From an uncultured Acidobacteriota bacterium (lineage in GTDB: Bacteria > Acidobacteriota > Thermoanaerobaculia > UBA5066 > Gp7-AA6), in assembly GCA_963764715.1 (NCBI GenBank), contig CAVXTP010000006.1, forward strand, positions 452,062-516,061: a DNA stretch of 64,000 bases, given 5' to 3'. Position 1 is the stretch's first letter; every line of letters starts with the position of its first letter. Made by a program: the position numbers and the translations under genes. Positions 38,891 to 48,825 of this stretch are shown here, piece by piece. A model generated the notes under the pieces. That model worked only from the letters and a program-made list of their open reading frames with translations. It was not told where the DNA came from and ran no database searches.

Positions 38891-39450
38891 CCGCGCTCGC
38901 CGGCCCCCGCCAGAACGATCTTCGAATCGAAGTCCGGCAGGGTCCCGAGGCCGAACGAGACAGTGTTGGCGAACTGCGCGACGCCGACCATCAGGATCGT
39001 CTCGAGGATCTGCTGCTCGCTGAACCCGTAAGTCCGCAGCCCCTCGATATCGTCCGCGTCGATCTTCCGGCTCTCCTTGTTGAGCTTGAGGGCGAAGTTG
39101 AGAAGGGCCTTGTCCTCGGCCGCGATGTTCGTCCGGTTGTGGTCGAGCGCGATCTGCTCGGGCTCGGGCCCGTGGATGCCCAGCATGCGGACGATCTCGC
39201 AGTGCGCCGTGACGCAGTAGGTCGAGAGGTTGGCGGCCGAGCAGACGAGGAAAACGTACTCTTTCTGCCGCCTCGCGAGTGCCCCCTCCTTGACCATGAC
39301 GCCGCCGATCAGCGCCAGCTCCGCCTCGATCAGGTCCGGCCGCAGGGTCTGCGCGCGGAAGAAATTCGGGAGAAACCCGAAGGCGTCCCGGATCTCCTGA
39401 AACGGGGCGAAGTCGGATTCGTCGATCGGCCCACGGCCGATGTAACTCAT
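38887..39450 (-). CDS. AhpD/CMD peroxidase-related enzyme
   Basis: FGFLPNFFRAQ, KEYVFLVCSAANLSTYCVTAH, FANTV; RBS GGAGG. Confidence 0.85.
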   Translation of the reverse strand: MSYIGRGPIDESDFAPFQEIRDAFGFLPNFFRAQTLRPDLIEAELALIGGVMVKEGALARRQKEYVFLVCSAANLSTYCVTAHCEIVRMLGIHGPEPEQIALDHNRTNIAAEDKALLNFALKLNKESRKIDADDIEGLRTYGFSEQQILETILMVGVAQFANTVSFGLGTLPDFDSKIVLAGAGERG

Positions 39451-39519
39451 TGGAGCCTCCCGGTTTCGAAACTATACCGCCCATTTGAATCTTTTCGGCG
39501 TCTGCTCCCGTCCAATGGG

Positions 39520-42195
39520 GTGGTGTTCACCTGCGAGGCTCTCCGGCAGGCGCTGTCGGACCTGCTCGACGGCGAGGTCGACCCGGCCCTGCGTCGGGAG
39601 GTCGAGCACCACCTCCAGGACTGCGCGGCCTGCCGGATCCTGTACGACTCCGCCCGGAAGACCCTGGCCGTGGTCTCGAACGTCGGCACGTTCGACCTGC
39701 CGCCGCCCGTGTCGGAGAGGCTCGTCCGGCAGATCCTCGAGACCGTTCTCGACCCGCGGCATCCCCCCGCCGGCGCCTGTCCGCTGCCCGACCGCGAGGG
39801 CGAGCGCCTGAAGGCCCTCGCCGCGTACGGGGTCGTCGACACGGCCCCCGAAGAGGGGTTCGACGACCTCGCCTCGCTCGCCTCCCGGATCTGCCGGGCC
39901 CCCATGGCCATGATCAGCCTGGTCGACCGGGACCGCCAGTGGTTCAAGGCGCGGGTCGGGCTCGAAATCACCGAGACGCCGCGGGAGATCGCGTTTTGCG
40001 CGCACGCCATCCTCGGCACCGAGGTCATGATCGTTCCGGACGCGCAGGCCGACGCCCGGTTCGCCGCGAATCCTCTCGTGACCGGCGACCCCGGCATCCG
40101 CTTCTACGCCGGCGCGCCGCTCCTCACGGACGGCGGCCATGCGCTCGGGTCGCTCTGCGTCCTCGACCGGGTCCCCCGGGCCCTCACGGACGAGCAGGCC
40201 GAGGCGCTCGCCACGCTCTCACGCGAGGTCGTCGCGCGACTCGACCTCCGGAGGGCGAACGCGGAGCTCGAACGGGTCGCGGCGGTCGAGCGGACCCAGT
40301 CCGAGGCGCTGCGGTCGAGCGAGGAATTCAAGACGCGGATGATCGAATGCAGCCGCGACTGCATCAAGGTCCTCGACCTCGAGGGCCGGCTGCTCTCGAT
40401 GAACGCCGGAGGCATGGAGGCGCTCGAGATCTGCGACATCGGGCAGTACACGGGCTCCATGTGGATCGACTTCTGGAAAGGCAAGGACCGGGAAGCCGCA
40501 CGGGCCGCGGTGGAAGCCGCCCGTGCCGGCGGAATGGGCCATTTCGTGGGCTACTTCGAAACCGTTCAGACGCGGCAACCCCGCTGGTTCGACGTCGTCG
40601 TCAATCCGATCCTCGGCTCCGACGGCCGGCCGGAGAGCCTCCTCGCCGTCTCGCGCGACGTCACCGAGCGCAAACGGTCGGAGGACCTCTTCCGGCGCCT
40701 GACCGAGGCGACCGCCGCGACGACGGGGGCCGGCTTCTTCAAGGCCCTCGTGGAGACCCTGGCGGCGGCCCTCCGCGTCCGGTACGTCTTCGTGACCGAG
40801 TGCGGGCCGGGCGACCCGAAGGCGCGGATGCTCGCCTTCTGGAAGAACGAGTCGATCGCGGAGAACCTCGAGTACGGCCTGGCCGGGACCCCCTGCGAGG
40901 CCGTCATCCGGGGCAACGTCCGTTTCTACCCCGACCGCGTGGCGGAGCGCTTCCCCGAGGACACGGGCCTCGTCGACTGGCGCGCGGAGAGCTTCCTCGG
41001 CATCCCGATGGTCGGCCACGACGGCGTCGTCATCGGGCACCTCGCCGTCCTGGACGACCGGCCGATGAGCGAGGCCGCGATCGAGATCTCGGTCCTGAGG
41101 ATCTTCGCCGACCGGGCCGGGGCCGAGCTCGAGCGGATGCGGGCGCAGACGGAGCTCGAGCGCCTCAAGGACCGGCTGCAGGCCGAGAACGTGTACCTGC
41201 AGGAGGAGATCCGCACCCAGCACAACTTCGAAGAGATCATCGGAAACGCGGCTCCCCTGCTCGACGCCCTGTCCAAGGTGGAGCGGGTCGCGCAGACCGA
41301 TTCCACGGTGCTGATCGCAGGCGAAACCGGCTCGGGCAAGGAGCTCTTCGCGCGCGCCATCCACAGCCGGAGCGCCCGCCGCCAGCGCCCGCTCGTGAAG
41401 GTGAACTGCGGCGCCATCCCGGCGGGGCTGGTCGAGAGCGAGCTCTTCGGCCACGTCAAGGGCGCCTACACCGGCGCGCTCGACAAGCGGACCGGCCGGT
41501 TCGAGCTCGCCGACGGCGGCACGATCTTCCTCGACGAGATCGGCGAGCTGCCGGCGGAGACGCAGGTCAAGCTCCTCCGGGTGCTCCAGGAGCGGGAGTT
41601 CGAGCCGGTCGGGGCCTCGCGGACCATCAAGGTCGACGTCCGCATCATCGCCGCCACCAACCGGGACCTCGAAGAGGAGGTCCGGCGCGGCCGATTCCGG
41701 GCGGACCTGCTGTACCGGCTCAACGTATTTCCGATTTCGGTGCCGCCGCTGCGCGACCGGAGGGAGGACATTCCGCTCCTCGTCGCCTTCTTTCTCACCG
41801 GGCTCGCCAAACGGCTCGGCAAGCCGCTCGAAGGCTTCACCCGGCAGTCGATGGGCGAGCTCTGCGCCTATTCCTGGCCCGGCAACATCCGGGAGCTCCA
41901 GAACGTCGTGGAGCGCGCGGCGATCCTCGCCGGCGGGTCGACGCTCGAGCTCGAGCGCGGGCTTCTGCGGGGCGGTTCCCCGGCGCCAGCGTCCGCCGGG
42001 ACGCCCGGTCCTCCGCGGCCCGGCAGCGGCCGGCTCGTCGAAGTCGAGGTGTCCCACATCCGCGAGGTCCTCCGCTCGACCCGGGGGGTGATCGAAGGTC
42101 CGGCCGGCGCGGCGCGGCTTCTCGGCCTCCATCCGAACACGCTTCGCAGCCGCCTCAAGAAGTACGGTATCGAGCCCCGCCACGAGGTTTCGTAG
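39520..42195 (+). CDS. Sigma54-dependent activator: zf-HC2, GAF, PAS, GAF, AAA+, Fis-HTH (FhlA-like)
   Basis: HLQDCAAC; [21 protein letters not shown]; [16 protein letters not shown]; [43 protein letters not shown]. Confidence 0.9.
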   Translation: MVFTCEALRQALSDLLDGEVDPALRREVEHHLQDCAACRILYDSARKTLAVVSNVGTFDLPPPVSERLVRQILETVLDPRHPPAGACPLPDREGERLKALAAYGVVDTAPEEGFDDLASLASRICRAPMAMISLVDRDRQWFKARVGLEITETPREIAFCAHAILGTEVMIVPDAQADARFAANPLVTGDPGIRFYAGAPLLTDGGHALGSLCVLDRVPRALTDEQAEALATLSREVVARLDLRRANAELERVAAVERTQSEALRSSEEFKTRMIECSRDCIKVLDLEGRLLSMNAGGMEALEICDIGQYTGSMWIDFWKGKDREAARAAVEAARAGGMGHFVGYFETVQTRQPRWFDVVVNPILGSDGRPESLLAVSRDVTERKRSEDLFRRLTEATAATTGAGFFKALVETLAAALRVRYVFVTECGPGDPKARMLAFWKNESIAENLEYGLAGTPCEAVIRGNVRFYPDRVAERFPEDTGLVDWRAESFLGIPMVGHDGVVIGHLAVLDDRPMSEAAIEISVLRIFADRAGAELERMRAQTELERLKDRLQAENVYLQEEIRTQHNFEEIIGNAAPLLDALSKVERVAQTDSTVLIAGETGSGKELFARAIHSRSARRQRPLVKVNCGAIPAGLVESELFGHVKGAYTGALDKRTGRFELADGGTIFLDEIGELPAETQVKLLRVLQEREFEPVGASRTIKVDVRIIAATNRDLEEEVRRGRFRADLLYRLNVFPISVPPLRDRREDIPLLVAFFLTGLAKRLGKPLEGFTRQSMGELCAYSWPGNIRELQNVVERAAILAGGSTLELERGLLRGGSPAPASAGTPGPPRPGSGRLVEVEVSHIREVLRSTRGVIEGPAGAARLLGLHPNTLRSRLKKYGIEPRHEVS

Positions 42196-42214
42196 CCCCC
42201 ACGAAATTTCGTGG
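42180..42214. promoter_or_regulatory. Tandem upstream activator sites
   Basis: Perfect 16-bp palindrome CCACGAAATTTCGTGG (42199-42214) and imperfect CCACGAGGTTTCGTAG (42180-42195). Confidence 0.7.
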
Positions 42215-42299
42215 CGTCGTGGGTGCGACGCAAGCCCCGCAAGACATTCAAACCACTGACTCTGTGAGACTTCGGCGCGAGCTGAAGGTCCCCAAAACC

Positions 42300-42315
42300 T
42301 GGCCCCGACGTTGCT
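42300..42315 (+). promoter_or_regulatory. Sigma54 (-24/-12) promoter of the STAS-ECF operon
   Basis: TGGCCC-CGACG-TTGCT, exact GG-N10-GC spacing. Confidence 0.75.
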
Positions 42316-42331
42316 CATGCAGGGGTCAGCC

Positions 42332-42574
42332 ATGTTGAGAATCAGCAAATCCAACGAATGCCTCGTGGTCGAAGGACGGGTGGCCGGACCCTACGTCGAC
42401 GAGCTCGCCCGAGCGCTCGCAGCCGACGGAGGGACGCGGGCCATCGACGTCTCGGGAGTGGGCTACGTCGACGCCGCGGGCGCCAGGCTCCTGCGGCGGC
42501 TGGTGAAGCAGGGAATCGCGATCCGCGGAGGCTCCGCGTTCATCGCCGAGACCCTGAAAGGAGCCTCGTCGTGA
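42332..42574 (+). CDS. Small STAS-domain protein
   Basis: VEGRVAGPYVDEL..IDVSGVGYVDAAG. Confidence 0.75.
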   Translation: MLRISKSNECLVVEGRVAGPYVDELARALAADGGTRAIDVSGVGYVDAAGARLLRRLVKQGIAIRGGSAFIAETLKGASS

Positions 42575-43212
42575 ACGTCGAGCTGTCACGCCGGATGCCG
42601 GATGCCGAGCCCGCGGCCGAGGCCGCTCCGCCCCTCCCCGGAGAGGCCGGGCTCCTCGAGCGGCTGCGCCGCGGGGACGAAGAGGCCTGCGAGATCCTCG
42701 TCCGCACGCACAGCGGGCGCCTCCTGTCGGTGGCGCGGCGCTACCTGAAGTGCGAGGAAGACGCGCGCGACGCCGTCCAGGAAGGCTTCGTCGCCGCGTT
42801 CCGCGCGATCGGGCGCTTCGAGGGCGGCTCGAGCCTCTCGACCTGGCTGCACCGGATCGTCATCAACGCCTGCCTGATGAAGCTGCGCTCGAGCCGCCGC
42901 CGGCCGGTGACCTCGATCGAAGATCTGCTCCCGAAATTCGACGAGTCCGGCCACCGTGTCGCCGAGCCCGAGGAGTGGCGCGAGTCCGCCGAGACCGCGC
43001 TCGACCGGAGCCAGACCCGCCGCCGCGTCCGCGAGGCCATCGCGCAGCTTCCCGAGCACTACCGCTCGGTCCTGCTGCTCCGCGACATCGAGGAGCTCTC
43101 GACCGCCGAAGCCGCGCGCCTCCTCAACCTGACCGAGAACGCCGTCAAGATCCGCCTCCACCGCGCCCGCCAGGCCCTCCGCACCCTCCTGGGGTCAGCC
43201 CTGAACTTCTGA
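42571..43212 (+). CDS. ECF RNA polymerase sigma-70 factor
   Basis: DARDAVQEGF, LSTWLHRIVINACLMKLR, LRDIEELST..AVKIRLHRAR. Confidence 0.92.
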   Translation: MNVELSRRMPDAEPAAEAAPPLPGEAGLLERLRRGDEEACEILVRTHSGRLLSVARRYLKCEEDARDAVQEGFVAAFRAIGRFEGGSSLSTWLHRIVINACLMKLRSSRRRPVTSIEDLLPKFDESGHRVAEPEEWRESAETALDRSQTRRRVREAIAQLPEHYRSVLLLRDIEELSTAEAARLLNLTENAVKIRLHRARQALRTLLGSALNF

Positions 43213-44220
43213 AGTTTCGCTGCAGCTCGCGACAATAGCTATCAGGGGACAAATGGATGGCGCGGGCTCCTCGACTCGAGATCCAGGGAGGCGTGTATCA
43301 CGTCATCGCCCGGGGAAATGAAAAGCGCGATGTCTTCCGGGACGATGAGGATCGGCGGCTGTATCTCGCGCGCCTCGCCGAGTGCCGAGAGCGGTACGAC
43401 TTCGCCGTTCTGGCCTACTGCCTCATGCCGAACCACGTCCACCTGGCGATCGAGCGAGGTCCGGTGCCGCTGTCGAAGATCGTCCTTGCGCTCCATTCCT
43501 ATTACAGCCAGAAGTTCAACCTCCGCCATCAACGGGTCGGGCACCTCTTCCAAGGGCGATACAAATCCTTTCTCGTGGAACATGGTCGATACCTCTTCGC
43601 GCTCGTGCGCTACATTCACGCGAACCCGGTCGCTGCTGGAATCGTGGATCGACCCGATCTCTATCGTTGGTCCAGCGATCGCTGGTACCGTGCAGGAGCC
43701 GGTCCGGAATGGCTCGACGTCGACTACGTCCTGAAACAACTTGCTCCGACCCGGTCGCGCGCCACCGCGGCATATCGACGGTGGATGGGCTCGGCCGTGC
43801 CCGAGACGTACGACGACCTCGAGGCGCTCGGGCGCGTCGTCAAGGGCGGCGAAGAGTTCGCACGGCGATCGATGCGTGTCGCCGGAAGAGACTTGCGCCG
43901 CGCCACCGGCTGGACCCCAAGCCACTTCGCGAAAGCAGCGAGCGAATCACAGAGGTTCTCCCTGAGTCAGCTTCGGGGCCCGTCGCGCGGGCGTCCCGAG
44001 TCACGGGCCCGCTTGATCGCGGCTTATGTGGGGCGTCGCGATTACGGAATCTCGACGACAGCCCTGGCCGCCTGCTTTGGACGCGATGAGTCTGCCCTCG
44101 CGCACGGCCTTCGCAAACTGGAGGACAAGATGCGGACGGACGTCAGCCTGGTGAGATACGTCGAACGGATCGCAGCGTCACTCGCGGAGGAAAATTCAGA
44201 AATTCAGGGCTGACCCCAGG
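43188..44220. mobile_element. RAYT locus bounded by 26-bp inverted REP-like repeats
   Basis: cctggggtcagccctgaacttctgaa (43188-43213) versus the reverse complement of 44195-44220: 25/26 identical. Interior is visibly lower in GC. Confidence 0.8.
43257..44213 (+). CDS. REP-associated tyrosine transposase (Y1/HUH, RAYT) with C-terminal DnaA_C-like HTH
   Basis: MARAPR..YHVIARGN, YCLMPNHVHL (HUH), GHLFQGRY, YIHANPVAAG, YRWSS. Confidence 0.92.
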   Translation: MARAPRLEIQGGVYHVIARGNEKRDVFRDDEDRRLYLARLAECRERYDFAVLAYCLMPNHVHLAIERGPVPLSKIVLALHSYYSQKFNLRHQRVGHLFQGRYKSFLVEHGRYLFALVRYIHANPVAAGIVDRPDLYRWSSDRWYRAGAGPEWLDVDYVLKQLAPTRSRATAAYRRWMGSAVPETYDDLEALGRVVKGGEEFARRSMRVAGRDLRRATGWTPSHFAKAASESQRFSLSQLRGPSRGRPESRARLIAAYVGRRDYGISTTALAACFGRDESALAHGLRKLEDKMRTDVSLVRYVERIAASLAEENSEIQG

Positions 44221-45659
44221 TCGAGGAGGGAGTTGAAGGAGCCGTGGGGGTCGGGCTCGCGGAGGGCGTGGGAGGGGTCGGGGAGCCAGCGGGTGCCGTC
44301 GACGACGAGCTTGTAGCGGTGGCGGCCGGGTGCGGGGACCGCAAGCGCGGCGCGCCAGGCGCCGTCGGCCTGCCGCACCATCGGAAGGCACGACGGGTCC
44401 CAGCCGTTGAAGTCGCCGGCCACGGCGACCGACGCGGCCTCGTCGTCGTGAAACGTGAAGACGAGGCGGCCGTTCTCAACGCGGGGCCCGCCCGGGCCGC
44501 CGAAGCCGGCGTGCGCCTCGCGTCTCGCCGCCGCGACCGCCGCGGCGGGGTCCACGACACCGTGCCCCTGGCGCACCGCGGCGATGCCCGGCACCGGGCT
44601 CGCGGTCGAGAGAAGGATCCGCCGGACCTCCGCCGGCGTGAGCGCGGGATTGGCTTCGAGCATCTGCGCGACGACCGACGCGACGATGGGCGCCGCGAAG
44701 GAGGTCCCGTCCACGTGCTGGTAGTGCGCCGCGACGATCTTCTCGGCGCGGAGCCTCTCCTCGACCCACGCCCGCAGCGCGGCCGACTCGCGCGGCAACT
44801 CCGGGATCTCGCCCCGGACGTCGTCGGCCACGCGCGCGAGCCGGTAATCCGGCGACGCCGAGAGGCGCGCGAGCGCCTGCGCCCGCCGCCACGCCGGAGT
44901 GCCCGGCAGGATCGGCGCCGCGACCCACATCGCGGGAGCGATCAGATCCGGCTTGACCAGGCCGTCGGCCGTCACGCCGAAGCTCGAGCAGTACGCCGCG
45001 AGATGCCGCCGCTCGGGATCGTTCGCGTCGTCGTATCCGCCGACCGCGATGACCGAGGGCGCGGTGGCCGGCGGCAGCACGCGCGGTGCGGGCCCGCAGC
45101 CGGAGTTGCCCGCCGCCGCGACGAGGACCATGCCGCGCGCGACGGCCTCCTCGGCGAGCCGGTTGACCCGGCTCTCGGCGAGCGTCCGGTCCGCGTCGCC
45201 GCCGAGCGACATGCTGACGACCCGGATGTCGTGCCGCTGCTGGTTCGCCAGGACCCACTCCAGGCCCCGCTCGATCGTCTCGTCGGTGATCCGGCCGTCC
45301 CGGCCCACCCGCACGAGCGCGAGCGCCGCCTCGGAGGCGAGCCCGCGGTAGACGCCGTCGGAAAGCGACCCGCTGCCGGCCGCCGCGACGCACGTCTGCG
45401 TGCCGTGCCAGCAGTCCGGGGCCGGCGTCTCCGCGGCCTCCAGGACGCCCCGCGGATCGTGGACGTCGTGGTAGGCCCGGATCCGATCGCCCGGCGCGGC
45501 GATGTCGGGATGGGGATGGAATCCCGAGTCGAGGAAAGCGAGCGTCACGCCGCGGCCCCGGAGCGCCCCGTCGTCGCCGAAGCGCTCGGGAGTCGAAACC
45601 ACGGCGAACCGATTGGGCGCGTGGCCGTGTCCCGCGTGCAGCTCTCCCCCGTCGCTCAT
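44196..45659 (-). CDS. S8 subtilisin-like peptidase with C-terminal CBM48/AMPK-type glycogen-binding domain
   Basis: Triad LDSG, WHGT, GTSFAAP; oxyanion AAGN; C-terminal VAVAGDFNGW..YKLVVDG..WLPDP. Confidence 0.88.
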   Translation of the reverse strand: MSDGGELHAGHGHAPNRFAVVSTPERFGDDGALRGRGVTLAFLDSGFHPHPDIAAPGDRIRAYHDVHDPRGVLEAAETPAPDCWHGTQTCVAAAGSGSLSDGVYRGLASEAALALVRVGRDGRITDETIERGLEWVLANQQRHDIRVVSMSLGGDADRTLAESRVNRLAEEAVARGMVLVAAAGNSGCGPAPRVLPPATAPSVIAVGGYDDANDPERRHLAAYCSSFGVTADGLVKPDLIAPAMWVAAPILPGTPAWRRAQALARLSASPDYRLARVADDVRGEIPELPRESAALRAWVEERLRAEKIVAAHYQHVDGTSFAAPIVASVVAQMLEANPALTPAEVRRILLSTASPVPGIAAVRQGHGVVDPAAAVAAARREAHAGFGGPGGPRVENGRLVFTFHDDEAASVAVAGDFNGWDPSCLPMVRQADGAWRAALAVPAPGRHRYKLVVDGTRWLPDPSHALREPDPHGSFNSLLDLGSALNF

Positions 45660-45667
45660 GCACCGAA

Positions 45668-45696
45668 TGAGATGCCGACGGAGGGCCGCCGGTTAC
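45668..45696 (-). promoter_or_regulatory. ECF-type promoter motif (variant) upstream of the S8 peptidase
   Basis: GTAACC-N16-CATCTCA, 8 nt before the ATG. Confidence 0.4.
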
Positions 45697-45718
45697 GCGG
45701 CCCCGGCCCGCCGCGCGG

Positions 45719-47926
45719 CTAGAACCGGACGAAGCCCGTAAAGGTCGCCGAGATCCCCGGCGCCGGGACCGCGCGCGCGTCGGGGCTCACGAGATACAGC
45801 TTGTCGAGCACGTTGCGGGCGTAGGCCTGGAGCTCGAAGTTCTCGCCGAAGCGGTATCCCCCGCCGAGATCGAGCAGCCCGTAGCCCGGCCTCGCCCGCT
45901 CGGTCGGCCCCGGATGGTCGTCGCCGGCGTAGACGACGCCCCGCGCCTGGACGAACGCCGGCCCGAAGCCCTTCCGCAGCTGGAGGTTCAGCGACTCCGG
46001 CGGAATGTCGTCGATCGGGCGGTCGTCGTCCACGGTCGCGCCGCGCTCGATCTGGGCCGCCAGGGCGACCGCGAGCTCCCCGGGCAGGTCGAGCTGCACT
46101 TCGAGCTCCAGCCCCTGCAGCTTCGCCTCGCCGCGGTTGCGGAAGAAGAAGTCGTCGGGGTTCTCGCCCGCGTAGCGCTCGATGAGGTTCGTGATCGTGT
46201 AGTCGTACATGTAGAACGCAGTGCGGAAGCCCGATCCGTTGTAGCGCAGCGCCACGTCCCACTGGTCCGCGGTCTCCGGCTCGAGGTCGGGATTCCCGGT
46301 GATGAACCCGCGGCCCGAGGGCCCGCGGAAGTACCGGTCCGACAGGACGGGGTCGCGGAACCCGTGCGAGAACTGCCCGGTGGCGGAAAACCCTCCGAAG
46401 GAGCCCGCCGTCAGCGCGACCGAGCCCGACACGTCGCCATTGGACGTCGCCCGGTCGCCGAAGTATCCGTCTTCGTTCGACGTCGTCACGCTGTCGTAGC
46501 GCACGCCGCCCGAGAGCGTCAGCGCCTTCAGCAGCGCCGCCTCGGCCGTCAGGTACCCGGCGGCGTCGGTGCGATGCGCGTCGTCGACCGACACGTTCAC
46601 GCGCTCCTGGATGGGGTCGGTGTAGCGGATCGCGACGTCGAGGGCGTGCAGCCCGTAGCGGCCGTTGACGTCGAGGCCGAGCTCGACCCGCACGGGCCCG
46701 AAGAACCGCTCCGCGAAGCTGCGCGCCTGGAAGTCGCTGGCCGAGACGTCGGCCCGTTCGACCGAGGCGGGCGCCGACGGGGTCGCGAACCGGTACTGGT
46801 CCGTGATCTGGTCGTAGCCGCCGATCAGCCCGACGAATCCGACGCGCGAGAAGCCGGCGAACGGCTGGCCGTCCCACGAGAGCGTGAATCGGCTCGAGTT
46901 CTCCTCGGGATAGTAGAAGCGCACGACGTCCGAGTTGTTGCGCGGCCGGTCGATGTCGCGGCCGTAGTCGCCCTGCCAGCCGGCGGTCAGCGTCCCGGGA
47001 CCGAGCAGGTAGGACGCGCGCACCAGGACGCCGCTGTCGCGGAAGCCCGAGTTGATCACCTCGCCGTCGGGACTGTCCCAGTTTCCGTAGGACCGATAGT
47101 GGCCCGCGACGAGAAGCCCTCCCTCCGCGCCGAGCGGCGAAGAGACCGAGGCGCCGACCCGGCCGCCGGGAACGCCGACGCCGTAGTCGCCGGTCGCCTC
47201 GACGCGGAGCGGGCCGCCCGGCGCGACCGCGAGCGTCCGGGCCGAGATCACCCCGCCGAACGCGTCCGAGCCGTACGCCACCGAGCCCGGGCCCCGCGCC
47301 ACCTCGACGCCGTCGAGGACGAAGGGGTCGACGTAGGTCGCGCTGGATCCGACCCGCCGCTCGGAGGAGACGCGCGCGCCATCGAGGAGGATGAGGCTCC
47401 GGCCGCGCGCCAGTCCGCGGATGGCCGGGACGGCGGCCTGTCCCTCCGAGACCGACGACACACCCGCGACGTTCTCGACCGCCTGGGTCAGGTTGAGCGG
47501 CTGGCGCGACTCGATGTCCTGCTTCGGCACGATCGTCGTGCCGTTTCCGGGAGTGGCCTCGATCGTCGGAGCGGCGCCGGCGGTCACGATGACGCTCTCC
47601 TCCACGATCGGCTCGACCTCGATCGACACCGGCCCGTCGGCGGGAATCGCCGCGACGGTGAAGGGCCGCATGTAGCGCCCGCCCGGCAGCACGACGAGGA
47701 CCTCGAACGGCGCGACCGGCGTCGGCTCCCAGGTGAAGACGCCGCCTTCGCCCGTGATCTGCGTGACGTTGGTGCCGAGGACCACCACCTCCGCGCCGAC
47801 GACCGGCCGGCCCGACGTCTTCAGGACGACGCGGCCCTCGAAGGCGGACGCCTCGTCGGCGTCCCCGGCGAGCCCCAGAAAGAGAATGGCGACCAATCGG
47901 CGCAGCGGCCGGATCGACGCATTCAT
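45719..47926 (-). CDS. TonB-dependent outer membrane receptor
   Basis: Signal peptide, VIVTA box, plug IRGL..LLDG..VEVARGPGSVAYGSDAFGGVI, GNPDLEPE, NVLDKLY, terminal F. Confidence 0.9.
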   Translation of the reverse strand: MNASIRPLRRLVAILFLGLAGDADEASAFEGRVVLKTSGRPVVGAEVVVLGTNVTQITGEGGVFTWEPTPVAPFEVLVVLPGGRYMRPFTVAAIPADGPVSIEVEPIVEESVIVTAGAAPTIEATPGNGTTIVPKQDIESRQPLNLTQAVENVAGVSSVSEGQAAVPAIRGLARGRSLILLDGARVSSERRVGSSATYVDPFVLDGVEVARGPGSVAYGSDAFGGVISARTLAVAPGGPLRVEATGDYGVGVPGGRVGASVSSPLGAEGGLLVAGHYRSYGNWDSPDGEVINSGFRDSGVLVRASYLLGPGTLTAGWQGDYGRDIDRPRNNSDVVRFYYPEENSSRFTLSWDGQPFAGFSRVGFVGLIGGYDQITDQYRFATPSAPASVERADVSASDFQARSFAERFFGPVRVELGLDVNGRYGLHALDVAIRYTDPIQERVNVSVDDAHRTDAAGYLTAEAALLKALTLSGGVRYDSVTTSNEDGYFGDRATSNGDVSGSVALTAGSFGGFSATGQFSHGFRDPVLSDRYFRGPSGRGFITGNPDLEPETADQWDVALRYNGSGFRTAFYMYDYTITNLIERYAGENPDDFFFRNRGEAKLQGLELEVQLDLPGELAVALAAQIERGATVDDDRPIDDIPPESLNLQLRKGFGPAFVQARGVVYAGDDHPGPTERARPGYGLLDLGGGYRFGENFELQAYARNVLDKLYLVSPDARAVPAPGISATFTGFVRF

Positions 47927-47973
47927 CCGACGGGAGAGGAAAGACAAGCGGCCGCGATTATAGGCGGGTGAGG

Positions 47974-48825
47974 TCAGCGGGCCGGCGGAAGAACGATGCC
48001 CTGGAAAAATCCCTCGGCCACCCAGTCGCGAAGCCACCGGAAGAGCTGGTCGCCCGCGGAGCCCTGGAGCCCGCGGGCCGCCGTCGCGACGGCCTTGCCG
48101 AACGGCCGTCCCTTGACGAGGGCCGCGAGGAAGTCGTGCGCCGGCTTCGAGAGGTCGAGCCGCCAGACTTCGTAGTTCTTCCGGTAGACGGCGATCCACG
48201 TCGGCCGCCGTCCGGTCGGCGGATGATCGTGCTCGTCGTCCTTGACCGACTGCAGGTAGGCGTTGACGGGATACGCGAACGCCGCCACCCGCAGCGCCGC
48301 CGAGGGCCGGAGCACCGCCCCGGGCCATGCGGCTTCCGGAACGCGCGCGATCTCCTCGGCCGGCCAGGCCGGCGACTCGGGCGCGTCGAAGGCCGCGGTG
48401 ACCAGGCTCTCGAGCCGCGCGAGGTCGGCGACGAACGCCTTCCGGCGGATGCCGCGCGACTCCCGGATGAACTCCGGCAGGCGATCCCCGAGGCGGTTCA
48501 ACGTGTAGCTCCGGGACGGGTGCGCCTCGACGTAGCGCGTGACGAGCCCGGCGAAGTCCTCGTGGCCGAGCAGGTGGGCGACGGCCGGGAAGTCGTTCTC
48601 GAGGGCCTCGACCATCCGCAGCAGGTACATGCCCTGGTAGACGCCCACCCGCTCGACCGGCGTCAGCGTCTTCGACGGCCGGATCACCCGGGCGATCGCG
48701 TCCGGCTCGAGCTCGGCGCGCGCCGCGGGCGACGAGACGGCCTCCTCGGCCGTGCCGGGCTGCTCGATCACGGCCTGCATCCAGCGCTGGAGGCGCGGGA
48801 GCGGCAGCTCAAGAGGCTGCGGCAA
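47974..48825 (-). CDS. DUF2063-type MNIO partner protein (BufC/HvfC-like)
   Basis: ERVGVYQGMYLLRMVEALENDFP, HPSRSYTLNRLG, DLARLE; directly downstream of DUF692. Confidence 0.85.
   Translation of the reverse strand: MPQPLELPLPRLQRWMQAVIEQPGTAEEAVSSPAARAELEPDAIARVIRPSKTLTPVERVGVYQGMYLLRMVEALENDFPAVAHLLGHEDFAGLVTRYVEAHPSRSYTLNRLGDRLPEFIRESRGIRRKAFVADLARLESLVTAAFDAPESPAWPAEEIARVPEAAWPGAVLRPSAALRVAAFAYPVNAYLQSVKDDEHDHPPTGRRPTWIAVYRKNYEVWRLDLSKPAHDFLAALVKGRPFGKAVATAARGLQGSAGDQLFRWLRDWVAEGFFQGIVLPPAR

Noticed and set aside
39487-39515. GAATCT-N16-CGTCCAA before the activator, and ECF-like motifs before tonB (about 4320) and lemA (about 62340)
   Set aside because: They deviate from the GAAAC/GGCATC consensus in both boxes and are single instances, too weak to call.
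42322-42331. GGGGTCAGCC as another REP copy
   Set aside because: Only 10 bp match, there is no CTGAA-TTCTGAA arm or partner, and it doubles as the RBS of the STAS gene.
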